NCBI GenBank assembly: GCA_963668315.1
Contig: OY764216.1
Span: forward strand, 992,001 to 1,056,000
Source: Spirochaetia bacterium
GTDB taxonomy: Bacteria > Spirochaetota > Spirochaetia > DSM-2461
Length of the DNA: 64,000 bases
Reading direction: 5' to 3'
A model generated the notes under the pieces. That model did not search any database and was not told where the DNA came from. It saw only the letters and a program-made list of their open reading frames with translations. Shown in pieces: positions 19,272 through 29,480 of this stretch (position 1 is its first letter; every line of letters begins with the position of its first letter). Both the position numbers and the translations under genes were made by a program.

Positions 19272-20372
19272 ATGGTTAAAGGCATCCTGGGGGCTTTTCT
19301 TTTCCCGGTTATTCTCCTTTTCTCCTGCGCGGGCCAGGAGACTTTGGAAATAAGAAGTTCTTCTGTTTACGGCAAATTGGAAATCCTCGCGGGAATCTCC
19401 TTTCCCCCCTATTCCGGCCGGAGAGAGATCGGTTTTACGATCCGCAAGATGCAGGAGCTCTCCCTGGACCGGATGCGCCTGGACGTAGACTGGCGGTACA
19501 GGGAACCGGAAAAGGGTGTATTTTACTGGAAACCCATGGATCTGCGCATGGAGAAAGCCCATGAGAATCATATTGCCCTGTTTCTGACGATTCCCAGCCA
19601 GGCTCCCCCCTGGGCCGCCCTGCCGCCCGGAAAGGACGGATCGAGCCGATTCGACGAGGAAGCCCTGAAGCATTTCATCGAAGAACTGCTGCTCCGATAC
19701 GACAACATTGAAAAAATCCAGTTCGGGAACGAGTGGGAGACCGATCATCCCGACAGTCCGGCCTACGGGGATTACGATTCGATCAAGCAATTTGTCCTGT
19801 ACAATAATATCCTCTACGATTCGGTGAAAAGGCTTTCCCCTGAGACGCAAGTCGTTCTGGGCGGATTGACCAGGACCTATCCCATGATGGAGGCGTTTGT
19901 CCAAGAAGGCCGTTATCCCGATTTTTCCGGGCTGGAACTGGCTAAGGGGGCCACCGAAGAGTATCTGAGAGGGCGAATCGATAAAATCGCCGGAGACTAT
20001 AAAGCCCGCGACGTAAAGGGGAACGTGGAGTACGTTCTGAAGAACGCCCGCTATGACATGATCGACATCCATCTGTATGACGATCCGGAGAATTGGAGCG
20101 AATATCTTTCTGTATTACCCGAGGACAAACCGGTTGTGGTATCCGAATTCGGAGGGCCCAATTCGGAATTTGAAAGCACGGCTCCCTCCTACCAGGCAAA
20201 GCGGATGGCGGATTACATCGCGGCTATCGAGGGGCTTCCCATTGTGGAAGCGTACTATTTCAAGCTGGTAGATTCCGATCTGTCCTACCACAGGGATTCG
20301 GGTCTCTACCGGGCTAATTTGCGGCCCAAGCCGGCCAAAGACGTTTTTTCGGCATTATTATCCGCCCCGTAA
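19272..20372 (+). CDS. Putative clan GH-A glycoside hydrolase lipoprotein (GH5/GH39-like)
   Basis: Lipobox-like LFSC; RLDVDW..REPEKG.F.W; QFGNE acid/base; DIHLY; VVSEFG nucleophile. Confidence 0.7.
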   Translation: MVKGILGAFLFPVILLFSCAGQETLEIRSSSVYGKLEILAGISFPPYSGRREIGFTIRKMQELSLDRMRLDVDWRYREPEKGVFYWKPMDLRMEKAHENHIALFLTIPSQAPPWAALPPGKDGSSRFDEEALKHFIEELLLRYDNIEKIQFGNEWETDHPDSPAYGDYDSIKQFVLYNNILYDSVKRLSPETQVVLGGLTRTYPMMEAFVQEGRYPDFSGLELAKGATEEYLRGRIDKIAGDYKARDVKGNVEYVLKNARYDMIDIHLYDDPENWSEYLSVLPEDKPVVVSEFGGPNSEFESTAPSYQAKRMADYIAAIEGLPIVEAYYFKLVDSDLSYHRDSGLYRANLRPKPAKDVFSALLSAP

Positions 20373-20423
20373 TATCCCTTCCCGAGGGATTGGCAGAGCG
20401 GTTTGAGGAATAAGGAGAATAGA

Positions 20424-21269
20424 ATGATCAGGAAAATCCAAGTTGATATTGAGCGATCCGGGCTGTGGATGGACGGGGACGTCACCTATGCCCGGGTGGA
20501 CAGCTGGTACGGGCACACCACGAAAGATCTGAAGATGGATATCATCTATCCCCACGAAGGACGGGAAAAACCCTGGCCCTGCCTGGTCTGGATCTGCGGC
20601 GGCGCCTGGCTGAGGATGGACCAGCATGCCCATGTGCCCAACTTAATGGAACTGGCGAGGGAAGGGTTCGTCATCGCAAGCGTCCAGTACAGGCTGACCA
20701 ACGAAGTTCCCTTCCCCGGGCCTCTGGAGGACGTAAAGGCCGCCATCCGTTTTCTGCGTAAAAATGCGGACAGATATAATATCGATGCGGACCGTTTCGG
20801 CGTCATGGGGGAATCGGCGGGAGGCCATCTGGCCGGCATGACGGCTGTGACGGGGCACATACGTGATTTTGATAAGGGGGAGCATCTGGAATACAGCAGC
20901 GCGGTGCAGGCCGCCAGCCCCTGGTATATGGTTTCCGACCTGCTCTCCTTCCCCCCTCTCGCCGACCCGGGGTTTTCCCCCGAGGCCCGTCTGATCGAGG
21001 CCCTGCCCGAAAAGAATCCCGGGCTGGCCAAAGCCGCCAGCCCCGTCACCTATGTCTCTTCGGACTGCCCGCCCTGTCTGCTGTTCCACGGCACGGAGGA
21101 TAAAACCGTTCCCCATGATCAGAGTGTTCTTTTTCACGACGCTCTGGAAAAGGCCGGGGTTCCCGTCACCCTTTACAGCGTGGAAGGGGCTGACCACGGG
21201 GATCGAGAATTCTATCAGAAACCGGTGTTGGATCTGATGGCCGCATTTTTTAAAGAGCAGCTTTCCTGA
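20424..21269 (+). CDS. Alpha/beta hydrolase (esterase, BD-FAE/HSL-like), paralog 1
   Basis: AAGGAG RBS; CGGAW; GESAGG nucleophile; HGTED; GADH. Confidence 0.9.
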   Translation: MIRKIQVDIERSGLWMDGDVTYARVDSWYGHTTKDLKMDIIYPHEGREKPWPCLVWICGGAWLRMDQHAHVPNLMELAREGFVIASVQYRLTNEVPFPGPLEDVKAAIRFLRKNADRYNIDADRFGVMGESAGGHLAGMTAVTGHIRDFDKGEHLEYSSAVQAASPWYMVSDLLSFPPLADPGFSPEARLIEALPEKNPGLAKAASPVTYVSSDCPPCLLFHGTEDKTVPHDQSVLFHDALEKAGVPVTLYSVEGADHGDREFYQKPVLDLMAAFFKEQLS

Positions 21270-21346
21270 AAATATCCGGATGAATAGTGGTCCCCCCGAT
21301 TTCTCATCCTGTGTTACAATGGTAATGCATAATCAAGGGGGATCTT

Positions 21347-22192
21347 ATGATCAGGAATATTAAAATGGAATGGGAAAGGCCCGGACTGTGGATGGACGGA
21401 GACGTGACTTACGGTCAGGCCGACGCCTGGTTCGGCCATACGTCGCAGGATCTGAAGCTGGATATAATCTATCCCCATGAAGGACAGGACAAGCCCTGGC
21501 CCTGCATCGTCTGGATATGCGGAGGCGGATGGCTGCAGATGGATCATCACGCCCATGTGCCCAATTTAGCCGATCTGGCGAGGGAGGGCTTTGTCGTGGC
21601 GAGCGTTCAATACCGCCTCTCCAACGATATCCCCTTTCCCGGCCCCCTGGAGGATGTCAAAGCCGCCATACGGTATTTGAGGAAAAACGCCTCCCGGTAT
21701 AATATCGATCCCGACAAATTCGGCGTCAGCGGAGAATCGGCCGGCGGCCAGCTGGCGGGCATGGTGGCCGTGACAGGGACACATAGGGAATTTGATAAGG
21801 GAGAGCATCTGGAATACAGCAGCGCCGTTCAGGCCGCCTGCCCCTGGTATATGGTTTCCGATTTGAGCGCCTTTCCCCCCGGGGACAAGCCCGGTCTCTC
21901 TCCGGAGGCCCGGATGATCGGCGACTTGCCCTCGGACAGCCCGGATCTGGTGAAAAGGGCCAGCCCCGTCAGCTATGTTTCGGCCAACTGCCCGCCCTGT
22001 CTTCTTTTTCACGGAACCGACGATCATGTCGTGCCCTACGACCAGAGCATCCGTTTTCATGACGCCCTGGAAAAGGCGGGGGTCCCGGTAACTCTGTACA
22101 GCGTGGAAGGAGCCGACCATGCGGATGAGAACTTCTTCCAGAAGCCGGTGATGGATATTATGACGGCGTTCTTCAAGGAACAGCTTCAGTAG
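21347..22192 (+). CDS. Alpha/beta hydrolase (esterase, BD-FAE/HSL-like), paralog 2
   Basis: CGGGW; GESAGG; HGTDD; GADH; colinear and highly similar to 20424-21269. Confidence 0.9.
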   Translation: MIRNIKMEWERPGLWMDGDVTYGQADAWFGHTSQDLKLDIIYPHEGQDKPWPCIVWICGGGWLQMDHHAHVPNLADLAREGFVVASVQYRLSNDIPFPGPLEDVKAAIRYLRKNASRYNIDPDKFGVSGESAGGQLAGMVAVTGTHREFDKGEHLEYSSAVQAACPWYMVSDLSAFPPGDKPGLSPEARMIGDLPSDSPDLVKRASPVSYVSANCPPCLLFHGTDDHVVPYDQSIRFHDALEKAGVPVTLYSVEGADHADENFFQKPVMDIMTAFFKEQLQ

Positions 22193-22216
22193 TCTTTTCG
22201 GCTTAATCGGTAAAAT

Positions 22217-22258
22217 AAAGCCCTTCTTCCGAGCATCCGGAGGAAGGGCTTTCTCTTT
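22217..22258. terminator. Bidirectional intrinsic terminator
   Basis: AAAGCCCTTCTTCCG-loop-CGGAGGAAGGGCTTT followed by CTCTTT, between convergent genes. Confidence 0.75.
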
Positions 22259-22277
22259 ATCGTTTGAACATAGTCCG

Positions 22278-23708
22278 TCAGGCCTGGTCGAACTGGGCCA
22301 GGGTCTCTTCCGAGGGAGCCTTGGTCGCAAGGCTTACCGCTACGACGGCGATGAATGCCAGAATGAATCCGGGAAGGAGTTCATAGAAGTATTCCCCTTC
22401 GATGGAAATGAAATTCTTGACGATAACCACGGTCACCGCGCCGACGATCATTCCGGCCAGGGCGCCCCATTTGGTCGTCCTTCTCCAGCAGACAGAGAGA
22501 ATGACAACCGGGCCGAAGGCGGCGCCGAATCCGCCCCAGGCGTAACCGACCATGTTCAGAATATTGCCGTTGTCCTGAAAGGCGATAATAAAGGCAAGGA
22601 GGGCGAAGCCGATGATTCCCAGACGGCTGATCAGCTCTTTTCTTTTATCGTTCTGTTTGGCGATAAAGGGAATATCCTCGGTCAGGGAGGACGTGAGGAC
22701 CAGCAGCTGGGAGTCCGCCGTGGACATGACCGCCGCCAGGACCGCCGCCAGGACAAATCCCCCGAAGAGGGGATGGAAGAGGGCGCTGGCCATGGCCAGG
22801 AATACCCGCTCGCTGTTCTCCGATACTCCCTCCAGGGGGGTCACCCCGTTCAGTCCGATACCGATCAGCCCGATTCCGGTGGCCATGGCAAGGGAGAGTA
22901 TCATCCAGATGGTTCCCACCCGGCGGGCCCGGGGTACCGATTCCACGTCTTTAATCCCGATGAATCGTGCCAGGATATGGGGCTGCCCGAAATATCCGAA
23001 TCCCCAGGCGATCAGGGAGACGGCCGTGATCCAGCCGGTGGAGAAGTGAAACGCCTCGGGATTGATGGAACTGATCTCCACTCCCGAGCCGGTAATGGCG
23101 AAAAAGCCGAAGAGGGCGCAGAAGATCAGAGCCGTGAGCATGAGCAGGCCCTGGATAAGGTCTGTCCAGCATACGGCCATGTATCCTCCCAGGAACGTAT
23201 AGGATACCACGACCAGTGTCGTGATGATCAGGCCGGCCCTTTCGCTGGCGCCGAAGGAGTGGGCGAACAGGAGGGTTCCCCCCTTCAATCCGGAAGCCAC
23301 GTAAAGCGTAAAAAAGAGAAGGATGATCACCGTGGATATGACTTTGAGGATATGGGTGTTGTCCTCGAATCTTTTGGCAAAGTAGGAAGGCAGGGTGACG
23401 GCATCCAGTTTTTCCGTGAGAAAACGCAGCTTTCCGGCGACGATAAGCCAGTTGATATAAGCCCCTACGGTCAGTCCCAGGGAGATCCAGATCCCTTCTA
23501 CAAGACCGCTGGCAAAGACCGCGCCGGGCAGTCCCAGAAGCAGCCAGCTGGACATGTCGGAAGCTCCGGCCGAAATGGCCGAAGGAATGGCTCCGAGTTT
23601 ACGTCCGCCGATGATGAAGTCCTCGTTGGTTTCGGTTTTCCTCATGGAATAGTATCCGATGCCCAGCATCAGAAACAGATAAAGTCCGAATTGAATAAAA
23701 ATGAGCAT
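22278..23708 (-). CDS. putP: Sodium/proline symporter (SSS family)
   Basis: SAGASDMSSWLLLGLPG, WGFGYFGQPHILARF, AAVMSTADSQLL, AWGGFGAAFGP, YELLPGF. Confidence 0.93.
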   Translation of the reverse strand: MLIFIQFGLYLFLMLGIGYYSMRKTETNEDFIIGGRKLGAIPSAISAGASDMSSWLLLGLPGAVFASGLVEGIWISLGLTVGAYINWLIVAGKLRFLTEKLDAVTLPSYFAKRFEDNTHILKVISTVIILLFFTLYVASGLKGGTLLFAHSFGASERAGLIITTLVVVSYTFLGGYMAVCWTDLIQGLLMLTALIFCALFGFFAITGSGVEISSINPEAFHFSTGWITAVSLIAWGFGYFGQPHILARFIGIKDVESVPRARRVGTIWMILSLAMATGIGLIGIGLNGVTPLEGVSENSERVFLAMASALFHPLFGGFVLAAVLAAVMSTADSQLLVLTSSLTEDIPFIAKQNDKRKELISRLGIIGFALLAFIIAFQDNGNILNMVGYAWGGFGAAFGPVVILSVCWRRTTKWGALAGMIVGAVTVVIVKNFISIEGEYFYELLPGFILAFIAVVAVSLATKAPSEETLAQFDQA

Positions 23709-23875
23709 TGTTCTCTCCTGAAATTAGTTTATCCCGGTTAGAGGATAGGGGAGACGCAAAAATATGTCAATATAATGAAAAAATATACCAACGGAAGAAA
23801 ACCGGACATTTACGGGGTTTCCTTGAATTGCTCTATTACGTGAATTACAATTTAATGATAGGTGCTGTTCATGTC

Positions 23876-25531
23876 ATGAAGTGCATGGAAAAAAAACCAT
23901 CAGCTAAGGAATTCTCAGAACGAGAGGTCATCCGGAGACGCGGCGTCGGCAGATGGTTCATTATCTTTTTTTCGTGCATGATCGGCGCAATTTCTCTATT
24001 GGGAATATTTATCTATCATCGGCAGCTGAGCTACCTTGAAGAGAAAATCATTCTGACCGAAAAGCTTCATCAGGAATTTATTCCCGATCTCATATCGGCG
24101 AATCTCAGGGATACGGGGAAGCAGACCCTGATTTTGAGTGAGTATGTAGCCTCCCGGCTGGAGGGGGAAGATCGGGGATCTGAAAACTGGGGGGATCTTG
24201 AACGGATGTTCAGAAGTGTGGCGGAAATCTCAGGGAATTACGATCAGATCCGATTTCTGGATATCCGGGGGCGGGAGAGGGTCAGGATTAAGTATAACGG
24301 GAAAACGGCCCGCATCGTTGAGGAAGAGGAGCTGCGGAATTTAGCGGACCGCTACTATTTTCATGATGCTCTGGTGCTTGATAAGGGGCAGATCTTCGTT
24401 TCTCAGCTTGATCTCAACGTGGAAAGGGGTGAAATAGAGATCCCCTATAAGCCGGTTATCCGGTTCTCCACTCCCGTATTCAATAGTGGGGGGCAGCGTA
24501 TAGGCGTCGTTGTCATGAATTCCCTCTCCTCAGAACTGTACCATTATATTCAATATGAACTGGAGCAGCATCTGGGACAGCACATGTTCCTCCTCAACCG
24601 CGGGGGGTATTATCTGGTCAACTCTGAAGATGGGGAAAAGGAATTCGGATTTATGTTCCCCGGGAAGGATGAAATCTCCCTGAGAAGGGATAACCCGGAT
24701 CTCTGGGATCTCATCCGTGAGAAGAGTATCGGTGAAGCGGTCCTTCACCATGAGGTTTACGTCTTCAGAAAAGTGAGCCCTCTGGAAAAGACATGGGTTT
24801 CGAGCCGGAATGAGGGATTCTGCTGCGAGGAAGGCTCCCTTTCCAGTGAAGAGTATGAGTGGTATCTTGTCTCCCATATTCCTGCCGCGGTAGTCATATC
24901 CCAGCTGAATAGGGAGCTTCTGCCCTTCTATCAGGTCTATGCCGCTCTTATTCTTCTATTTCTGATACTCTCCTTTTTTCTCGGGAAATATAAAACATCC
25001 CTGGAATTGAAGAAGGAAACCATTAGGCACATGGCCTTTCATGATGAGCTTACCGGTCTTAAGAGCCGTGTCTTCGGGCTGGAGCGGTTGAATGTCAGCA
25101 TAACGCGGGGCAATACTTTCGGCGAAAGGTTCGCCGTCCTTTATTGCGATGTAAATAAATTCAAACCCATAAATGATGAGTTCGGTCACGCGGCGGGGGA
25201 TTTTGTTCTCCGGGAAGTGGCGGTGAGGCTGGAGAAATCGGTCCGGCCCGATGATTCGGTCATCAGGATGGGAGGGGATGAATTCGTACTGATTCTTGAG
25301 AGAATTCCCAACGAAAACGAAACAGCCCTGGTCGCCCGGCGGATCATCGAAAACATGGAAAGCCCCATTCCCTATAGAAACGATAACTTTACCGTGGGAA
25401 TCAGCATCGGAATCGTCTTTTTTCCCGAGGACGGGAAAACCGTTCCGGAACTGCTTAAAAAGAGCGATGAAGCCATGTATGCCGCCAAAAAGAAGGGATG
25501 GAGTCTGCAGTTTTATCGAGAGCTGGTTTAG
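23876..25531 (+). CDS. Diguanylate cyclase with periplasmic Cache sensor domain (start uncertain)
   Basis: TM-Cache (YDQIRFLD..GRERVRI, DRYYF, PYKPVIRFSTPV)-TM; HDELTGL; RPDD I-site; GGDEF. Confidence 0.88.
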   Translation: MKCMEKKPSAKEFSEREVIRRRGVGRWFIIFFSCMIGAISLLGIFIYHRQLSYLEEKIILTEKLHQEFIPDLISANLRDTGKQTLILSEYVASRLEGEDRGSENWGDLERMFRSVAEISGNYDQIRFLDIRGRERVRIKYNGKTARIVEEEELRNLADRYYFHDALVLDKGQIFVSQLDLNVERGEIEIPYKPVIRFSTPVFNSGGQRIGVVVMNSLSSELYHYIQYELEQHLGQHMFLLNRGGYYLVNSEDGEKEFGFMFPGKDEISLRRDNPDLWDLIREKSIGEAVLHHEVYVFRKVSPLEKTWVSSRNEGFCCEEGSLSSEEYEWYLVSHIPAAVVISQLNRELLPFYQVYAALILLFLILSFFLGKYKTSLELKKETIRHMAFHDELTGLKSRVFGLERLNVSITRGNTFGERFAVLYCDVNKFKPINDEFGHAAGDFVLREVAVRLEKSVRPDDSVIRMGGDEFVLILERIPNENETALVARRIIENMESPIPYRNDNFTVGISIGIVFFPEDGKTVPELLKKSDEAMYAAKKKGWSLQFYRELV

Positions 25532-25575
25532 AGAGAAAATTTGCATTTTCCCGTCGGTGATCCTAAAATCGTAAT

Positions 25576-26103
25576 ATGGATAAAGATTCAGACAGACAGA
25601 GTCAGATGGTCGATATGGCCATAAAGGGGCAGATCGCCTTCGGTCTTATCATTACGGGGGCGGTTCTCTACGATTTTTTCAGCAGTTCTTCCCTGTTCGG
25701 GGCATCCCTCGCCGGGGGGGAGCTGTCAGGTCAGGTTTCTCCCATCCTCTGGGGATTTTCCGGGCTGCTTCTCCTTTTGTATGCGTTCATCCAGAATGCC
25801 TTTCGTCATGTGGACGAAAGTAAAGAGATGGCTTTTCTGAAATTCTGGGTTCGCCAGATTCACAGAAGCAGAGAGGGGTCCGTTATGGCCTTATCCCTTG
25901 TTCCTTCCTCCCTGGGGGAAGGGACAATTGTGCTGTCTCTCATTATTTACCTCATGGGCGGAAAAGCGCCTCTCCAGTTTCTTCCGGGAATAGTGCTGGG
26001 GCTGGGAGAAATCATCCTGTCCGTACCCGACGGAAAAGTCAGGGCTAATCTGGCCCTTTTGGATGAAATCGTCCGTTCGCAGGACAATCGGCATAGATTA
26101 TAA
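25576..26103 (+). CDS. Hypothetical membrane protein
   Basis: 175-aa ORF with about 4 hydrophobic segments filling the gap between flanking genes. Confidence 0.55.
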   Translation: MDKDSDRQSQMVDMAIKGQIAFGLIITGAVLYDFFSSSSLFGASLAGGELSGQVSPILWGFSGLLLLLYAFIQNAFRHVDESKEMAFLKFWVRQIHRSREGSVMALSLVPSSLGEGTIVLSLIIYLMGGKAPLQFLPGIVLGLGEIILSVPDGKVRANLALLDEIVRSQDNRHRL

Positions 26104-26172
26104 CCGTTATTAATCCCCGCCTGGCCGACGTAGCTCTTGTCTTCTTTTGTATACGGTTTTATAGTAAATGGT

Positions 26173-27336
26173 ATGAGTGATAATAATGACATGAATGAAG
26201 AGAGCTTTGCAGAACTCTTCGAGAAGAGCGTAGTCGAAAATGACTATCTTGAACCGGGACAGGCGGTTGATACGGAAATCGTCGCCATTTCGGGAGATTC
26301 CATCTTTCTGCACCTGAACGGCAAGAGTGAAGGTGTTCTTGATGCGGAAGAGATGAAGGATGAAGAGGGAAACCTGACCGTAAAGGAAGGGGATAAGATA
26401 AAAGTCTTTTTTTTGAAAGCCGATAAAGGCGAAATGCGCTTTACCACGCGCATAAGCTCCAGCGAAGCGGGACTGGCCGTATTGCAGAATGCCTTTGATG
26501 AAGGGGCTCCCGTGGAGGGAGTGGTCGGAAAGGAAGTCAAAGGGGGGTTCGAAGTAAAAATCGGTGAATCCCGGGCTTTCTGTCCCTTCTCCCAGATGGG
26601 CGAAAGGCGCGTGGAAGACAGCTCCGAATGGGTGGGTCGTAAATTAACCTTCAAGATTACCGAGATAGGGGAGAAGGGTCGGAACATTATCGTTTCCAAC
26701 CGGGCTCTTATCGAGGAAGAAAAAGAGAAAATACGGGAAGGACTCATGAAAACCCTGAAAGAGGGCATGACCGTAACCGGCCAGGTTGTCTCCCTTCGCG
26801 ATTTCGGTGCTTTTGTCGATCTGGGCGGAGTTCAGGCCCTTCTTCCCATTTCCGAAATCAGCCATGAACGGGTTAAGGATGTGGAAAGCGTTCTCGCCGC
26901 CGGGCAGGAAATTGAAGTGAAGATCATCAGTCTGGACTGGGGGAAGAACCGCCTCTCCGTCAGTATGAAGGCGCTTCTCGGCGACCCCTGGGACGATGCG
27001 GCATCCAAGTACCCGGAGGGTTCCCTCCATAAGGGGAAGATTGTCCGCATTACCGATTTCGGGGCGTTTGTCTCCCTCGAGCCCGGATTGGACGGCCTTA
27101 TCCATGTTTCCGAACTGGCGGGAAGCGGAAGAGACGTACGTCCCCGTGATGTCGTCAAAAAGGGTGAGGAAGTGCAGGTACGGATCCTTTCCGTGGATAC
27201 GGCGAATAAACGACTTTCTCTTAAACAGATAGGTGAGGGCGAAGACGATACGGACTATACCGCCTACTCCGGCAGTTCTTCCGGCGAGACGTACAACCCC
27301 TTCGCCGCGTTGCTCAAGGACAGAAACAAAAAGTAA
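26173..27336 (+). CDS. S1 RNA-binding domain protein (short, four-S1-domain RpsA homolog)
   Basis: ESFAELFE N-terminus; repeated S1 motifs (RAFCPFSQM, DFGAFVDLGG..ALLPISEIS, DFGAFVSL.PGLDGLIHVSEL). Confidence 0.88.
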   Translation: MSDNNDMNEESFAELFEKSVVENDYLEPGQAVDTEIVAISGDSIFLHLNGKSEGVLDAEEMKDEEGNLTVKEGDKIKVFFLKADKGEMRFTTRISSSEAGLAVLQNAFDEGAPVEGVVGKEVKGGFEVKIGESRAFCPFSQMGERRVEDSSEWVGRKLTFKITEIGEKGRNIIVSNRALIEEEKEKIREGLMKTLKEGMTVTGQVVSLRDFGAFVDLGGVQALLPISEISHERVKDVESVLAAGQEIEVKIISLDWGKNRLSVSMKALLGDPWDDAASKYPEGSLHKGKIVRITDFGAFVSLEPGLDGLIHVSELAGSGRDVRPRDVVKKGEEVQVRILSVDTANKRLSLKQIGEGEDDTDYTAYSGSSSGETYNPFAALLKDRNKK

Positions 27337-27376
27337 CCGGAAAAACGGGACGGACCTTTCGGCCCGATTCGTTATC

Positions 27377-27420
27377 AGCACCCCGCCTGTTCGCATTACT
27401 TGGGCGGGGTGCCCGTTTTT
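27377..27420 (+). terminator. Intrinsic terminator
   Basis: GCACCCCGCC-loop-GGCGGGGTGC followed by CCGTTTTT. Confidence 0.6.
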
Positions 27421-27500
27421 ATAAACGCCCGGCACGTTTTCAAGCATCTTTCGGGCCGCCTCTACTCTGAAATCCGATGACACCTATTATTCCCGTACTC

Positions 27501-28868
27501 CTAAGCGGTTTGCCTGATTCTGCCATCAGGAGCGATGGCCCGTCGGGCAGAACCGGCCAGGACCGTAACCAGGATGAGGGAGCAGAGATCGGCTACCGGC
27601 TGGGCGGCGATAATCCCGTTGAGCTTGAAAAGGCCGGAGAGGAGGAAGAGCAGGGGGATGAAGAAGAGCCCCTGCCTGCCAATTCCGATCAATCCCCCTT
27701 CCCGGGCTTTCCCCAGGGCGATGAAGAGGTTTGAATATACGGCCTGGAATCCGAACCCCGTGAATGTCAGAGCGTTGAGGATGAGCGAGAGTCTCCCTAT
27801 GCGAATCAGAGTCATATCTCCCCGGGAGAAAGCAGAGACCAGGGGCCGGGAGAAGGCAATCATCGCCGCCGCTGTCAGAGTGCAGTAGGCGAAGGACCAG
27901 ATCGTCGTTATCCGGGTCGCCTGTCTCACTCTTTCCAGTTTCCCCGCTCCGAAGTTGAAGGCGGCGAAAGGGACATAGCCCTTGAGAAAACCGAAAATGG
28001 CCATGGACCAGAGGCTCATAATTCTTGTCGTCACAGCCAGAGCGGCTATCGCCGAATCCCCGTAGGGAGCGGTAAGCCCGTTTGTCAGAGACAGGGCGAG
28101 ACCCGTAAGAAGCTGATACATGAGTACAGGGGCTCCCAGCTTGAAAATATCCGCAAGGACAGAGGCTTTCAGGCATACATGGCGAAGGCGGAACTCAAGT
28201 ACACTTTGTCTACGGAAAAGGTAGGCAAGGTAGACGGAGAATGTGATGATGCGGGATATCACCGTCGCCAGTGCGGCACCCCTTACTCCCAGGGAAAGGG
28301 TAAAAATAAGAATCGGGTCCAGAATAATATTGGTTAAACAGCCGGCAAACAGGGCCGTCATGCTTGTCCTGGCAGCGCCTTCGGCCACGATGATATTGTT
28401 GAAGGTAATATTGAACAGGTTGAATATCAGGCCGGAGATAAAAAGGACGGCGTATTTTTTCGCGTAAGCCATCATGGTGGCTGTCGCTCCCAGAGCGCTG
28501 AGGAGAGGCGTCAGGAATATAAGCATGAGCGACAGCAGTACCAGGCCGACGGCCAGGCCTCCGAATAGGGCTGTTGACGCATAACGGCTGGCCCCGTCGC
28601 GGTCGTCTTTACCCAGGAACCGCGACACATGGGAGGAAGCGCCCGAACCGAAGAGCAGGCCCGTCCCCAGGATCACAAGGCCGAGGGGGTAGACGATTGA
28701 TACGGCCCCCATCTGGGACGTCCCGAGCTTCCCGACGAAATAGGTGTCGATCAGATTGTACAGGGCTGATATAACCAGACCCGCCATAGATGGAAGGCCC
28801 AGTTTGAGCAGGGCCCGGCTGACATTTCCGGTGCGCAGCGTTTCGATTCTTTCCCGTGATTTTTCCAT
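27501..28868 (-). CDS. MATE-family efflux transporter (MepA-like)
   Basis: ALYNLIDTYFVG, NIILDPILIF..LGVRGAALAT, about 12 TM segments. Confidence 0.93.
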   Translation of the reverse strand: MEKSRERIETLRTGNVSRALLKLGLPSMAGLVISALYNLIDTYFVGKLGTSQMGAVSIVYPLGLVILGTGLLFGSGASSHVSRFLGKDDRDGASRYASTALFGGLAVGLVLLSLMLIFLTPLLSALGATATMMAYAKKYAVLFISGLIFNLFNITFNNIIVAEGAARTSMTALFAGCLTNIILDPILIFTLSLGVRGAALATVISRIITFSVYLAYLFRRQSVLEFRLRHVCLKASVLADIFKLGAPVLMYQLLTGLALSLTNGLTAPYGDSAIAALAVTTRIMSLWSMAIFGFLKGYVPFAAFNFGAGKLERVRQATRITTIWSFAYCTLTAAAMIAFSRPLVSAFSRGDMTLIRIGRLSLILNALTFTGFGFQAVYSNLFIALGKAREGGLIGIGRQGLFFIPLLFLLSGLFKLNGIIAAQPVADLCSLILVTVLAGSARRAIAPDGRIRQTA

Positions 28869-28890
28869 TGATTCGTTCTCCTTTCTAGGT

Positions 28891-28921
28891 GTTTATTATC
28901 TATACAGTATAGGAGCTAAAC
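28891..28921. promoter_or_regulatory. Tandem putative MarR operators upstream of MATE gene
   Basis: GTTTAT-TAT-CTATAC (28891-28905) and GTATAG-GAG-CTAAAC (28907-28921) resemble the perfect site at 29466. Confidence 0.6.
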
Positions 28922-28970
28922 AGGTGGGTGCCAAGCTTCTTACTTCTCCGTCTATGGGGCAATTATACTA

Positions 28971-29426
28971 TTACCGGTAATTCCTTTTTCTATCGAGCAT
29001 CTTCTCAAAATGGTCCATGAAATCCAGAAGAAGGGCAAAAGATTCGGGAGGGAGTTCTTCAAGGTAACGGAAGAAATCGTCCTGAACTTCCCGGTGGTAT
29101 TGGCGGTGTTTTTCGAACGCGGTTTTTCCCTCTTCCGTCAGGCGGAGCAGAACTTCCGCCTCCGACGAAGGCGAGGGTGCTTTTTCCACAAGACCCTTCG
29201 CCGCAAGTCTGCTTATCATCTGCGAGACGGCTCCCTTGGTGATTCCCTGAAGTTCGGCAAGGGATGTGACGTTTATATCTCGGTTCTCTCCTATGGCATT
29301 GATTGTATGGATTTCTCGCCGTGTAAAACTTAATCCGTCTCCGTATGAGAAATTCCTGTTTTCCGTCTCTGCGTACTTATGAATGAGCTTTTCAAACTGA
29401 ATTCCATACTTATGGTAATCCTTCAT
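28971..29426 (-). CDS. MarR-family transcriptional regulator
   Basis: AAGGAG RBS before ATG 29426; EIHTINAIG...NVTSLA...GITKGAVSQMISRL..KGLVEK...LTEEGK. Confidence 0.92.
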   Translation of the reverse strand: MKDYHKYGIQFEKLIHKYAETENRNFSYGDGLSFTRREIHTINAIGENRDINVTSLAELQGITKGAVSQMISRLAAKGLVEKAPSPSSEAEVLLRLTEEGKTAFEKHRQYHREVQDDFFRYLEELPPESFALLLDFMDHFEKMLDRKRNYR

Positions 29427-29465
29427 GGGATGGCTTCTCCTTCGTTTCTGTATTATAACACAGGT

Positions 29466-29480
29466 GTTTAGCATCTAAAC
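29466..29480. promoter_or_regulatory. Putative MarR autoregulatory operator
   Basis: Perfect palindrome GTTTAG-CAT-CTAAAC 40 bp upstream of the marR start. Confidence 0.65.
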
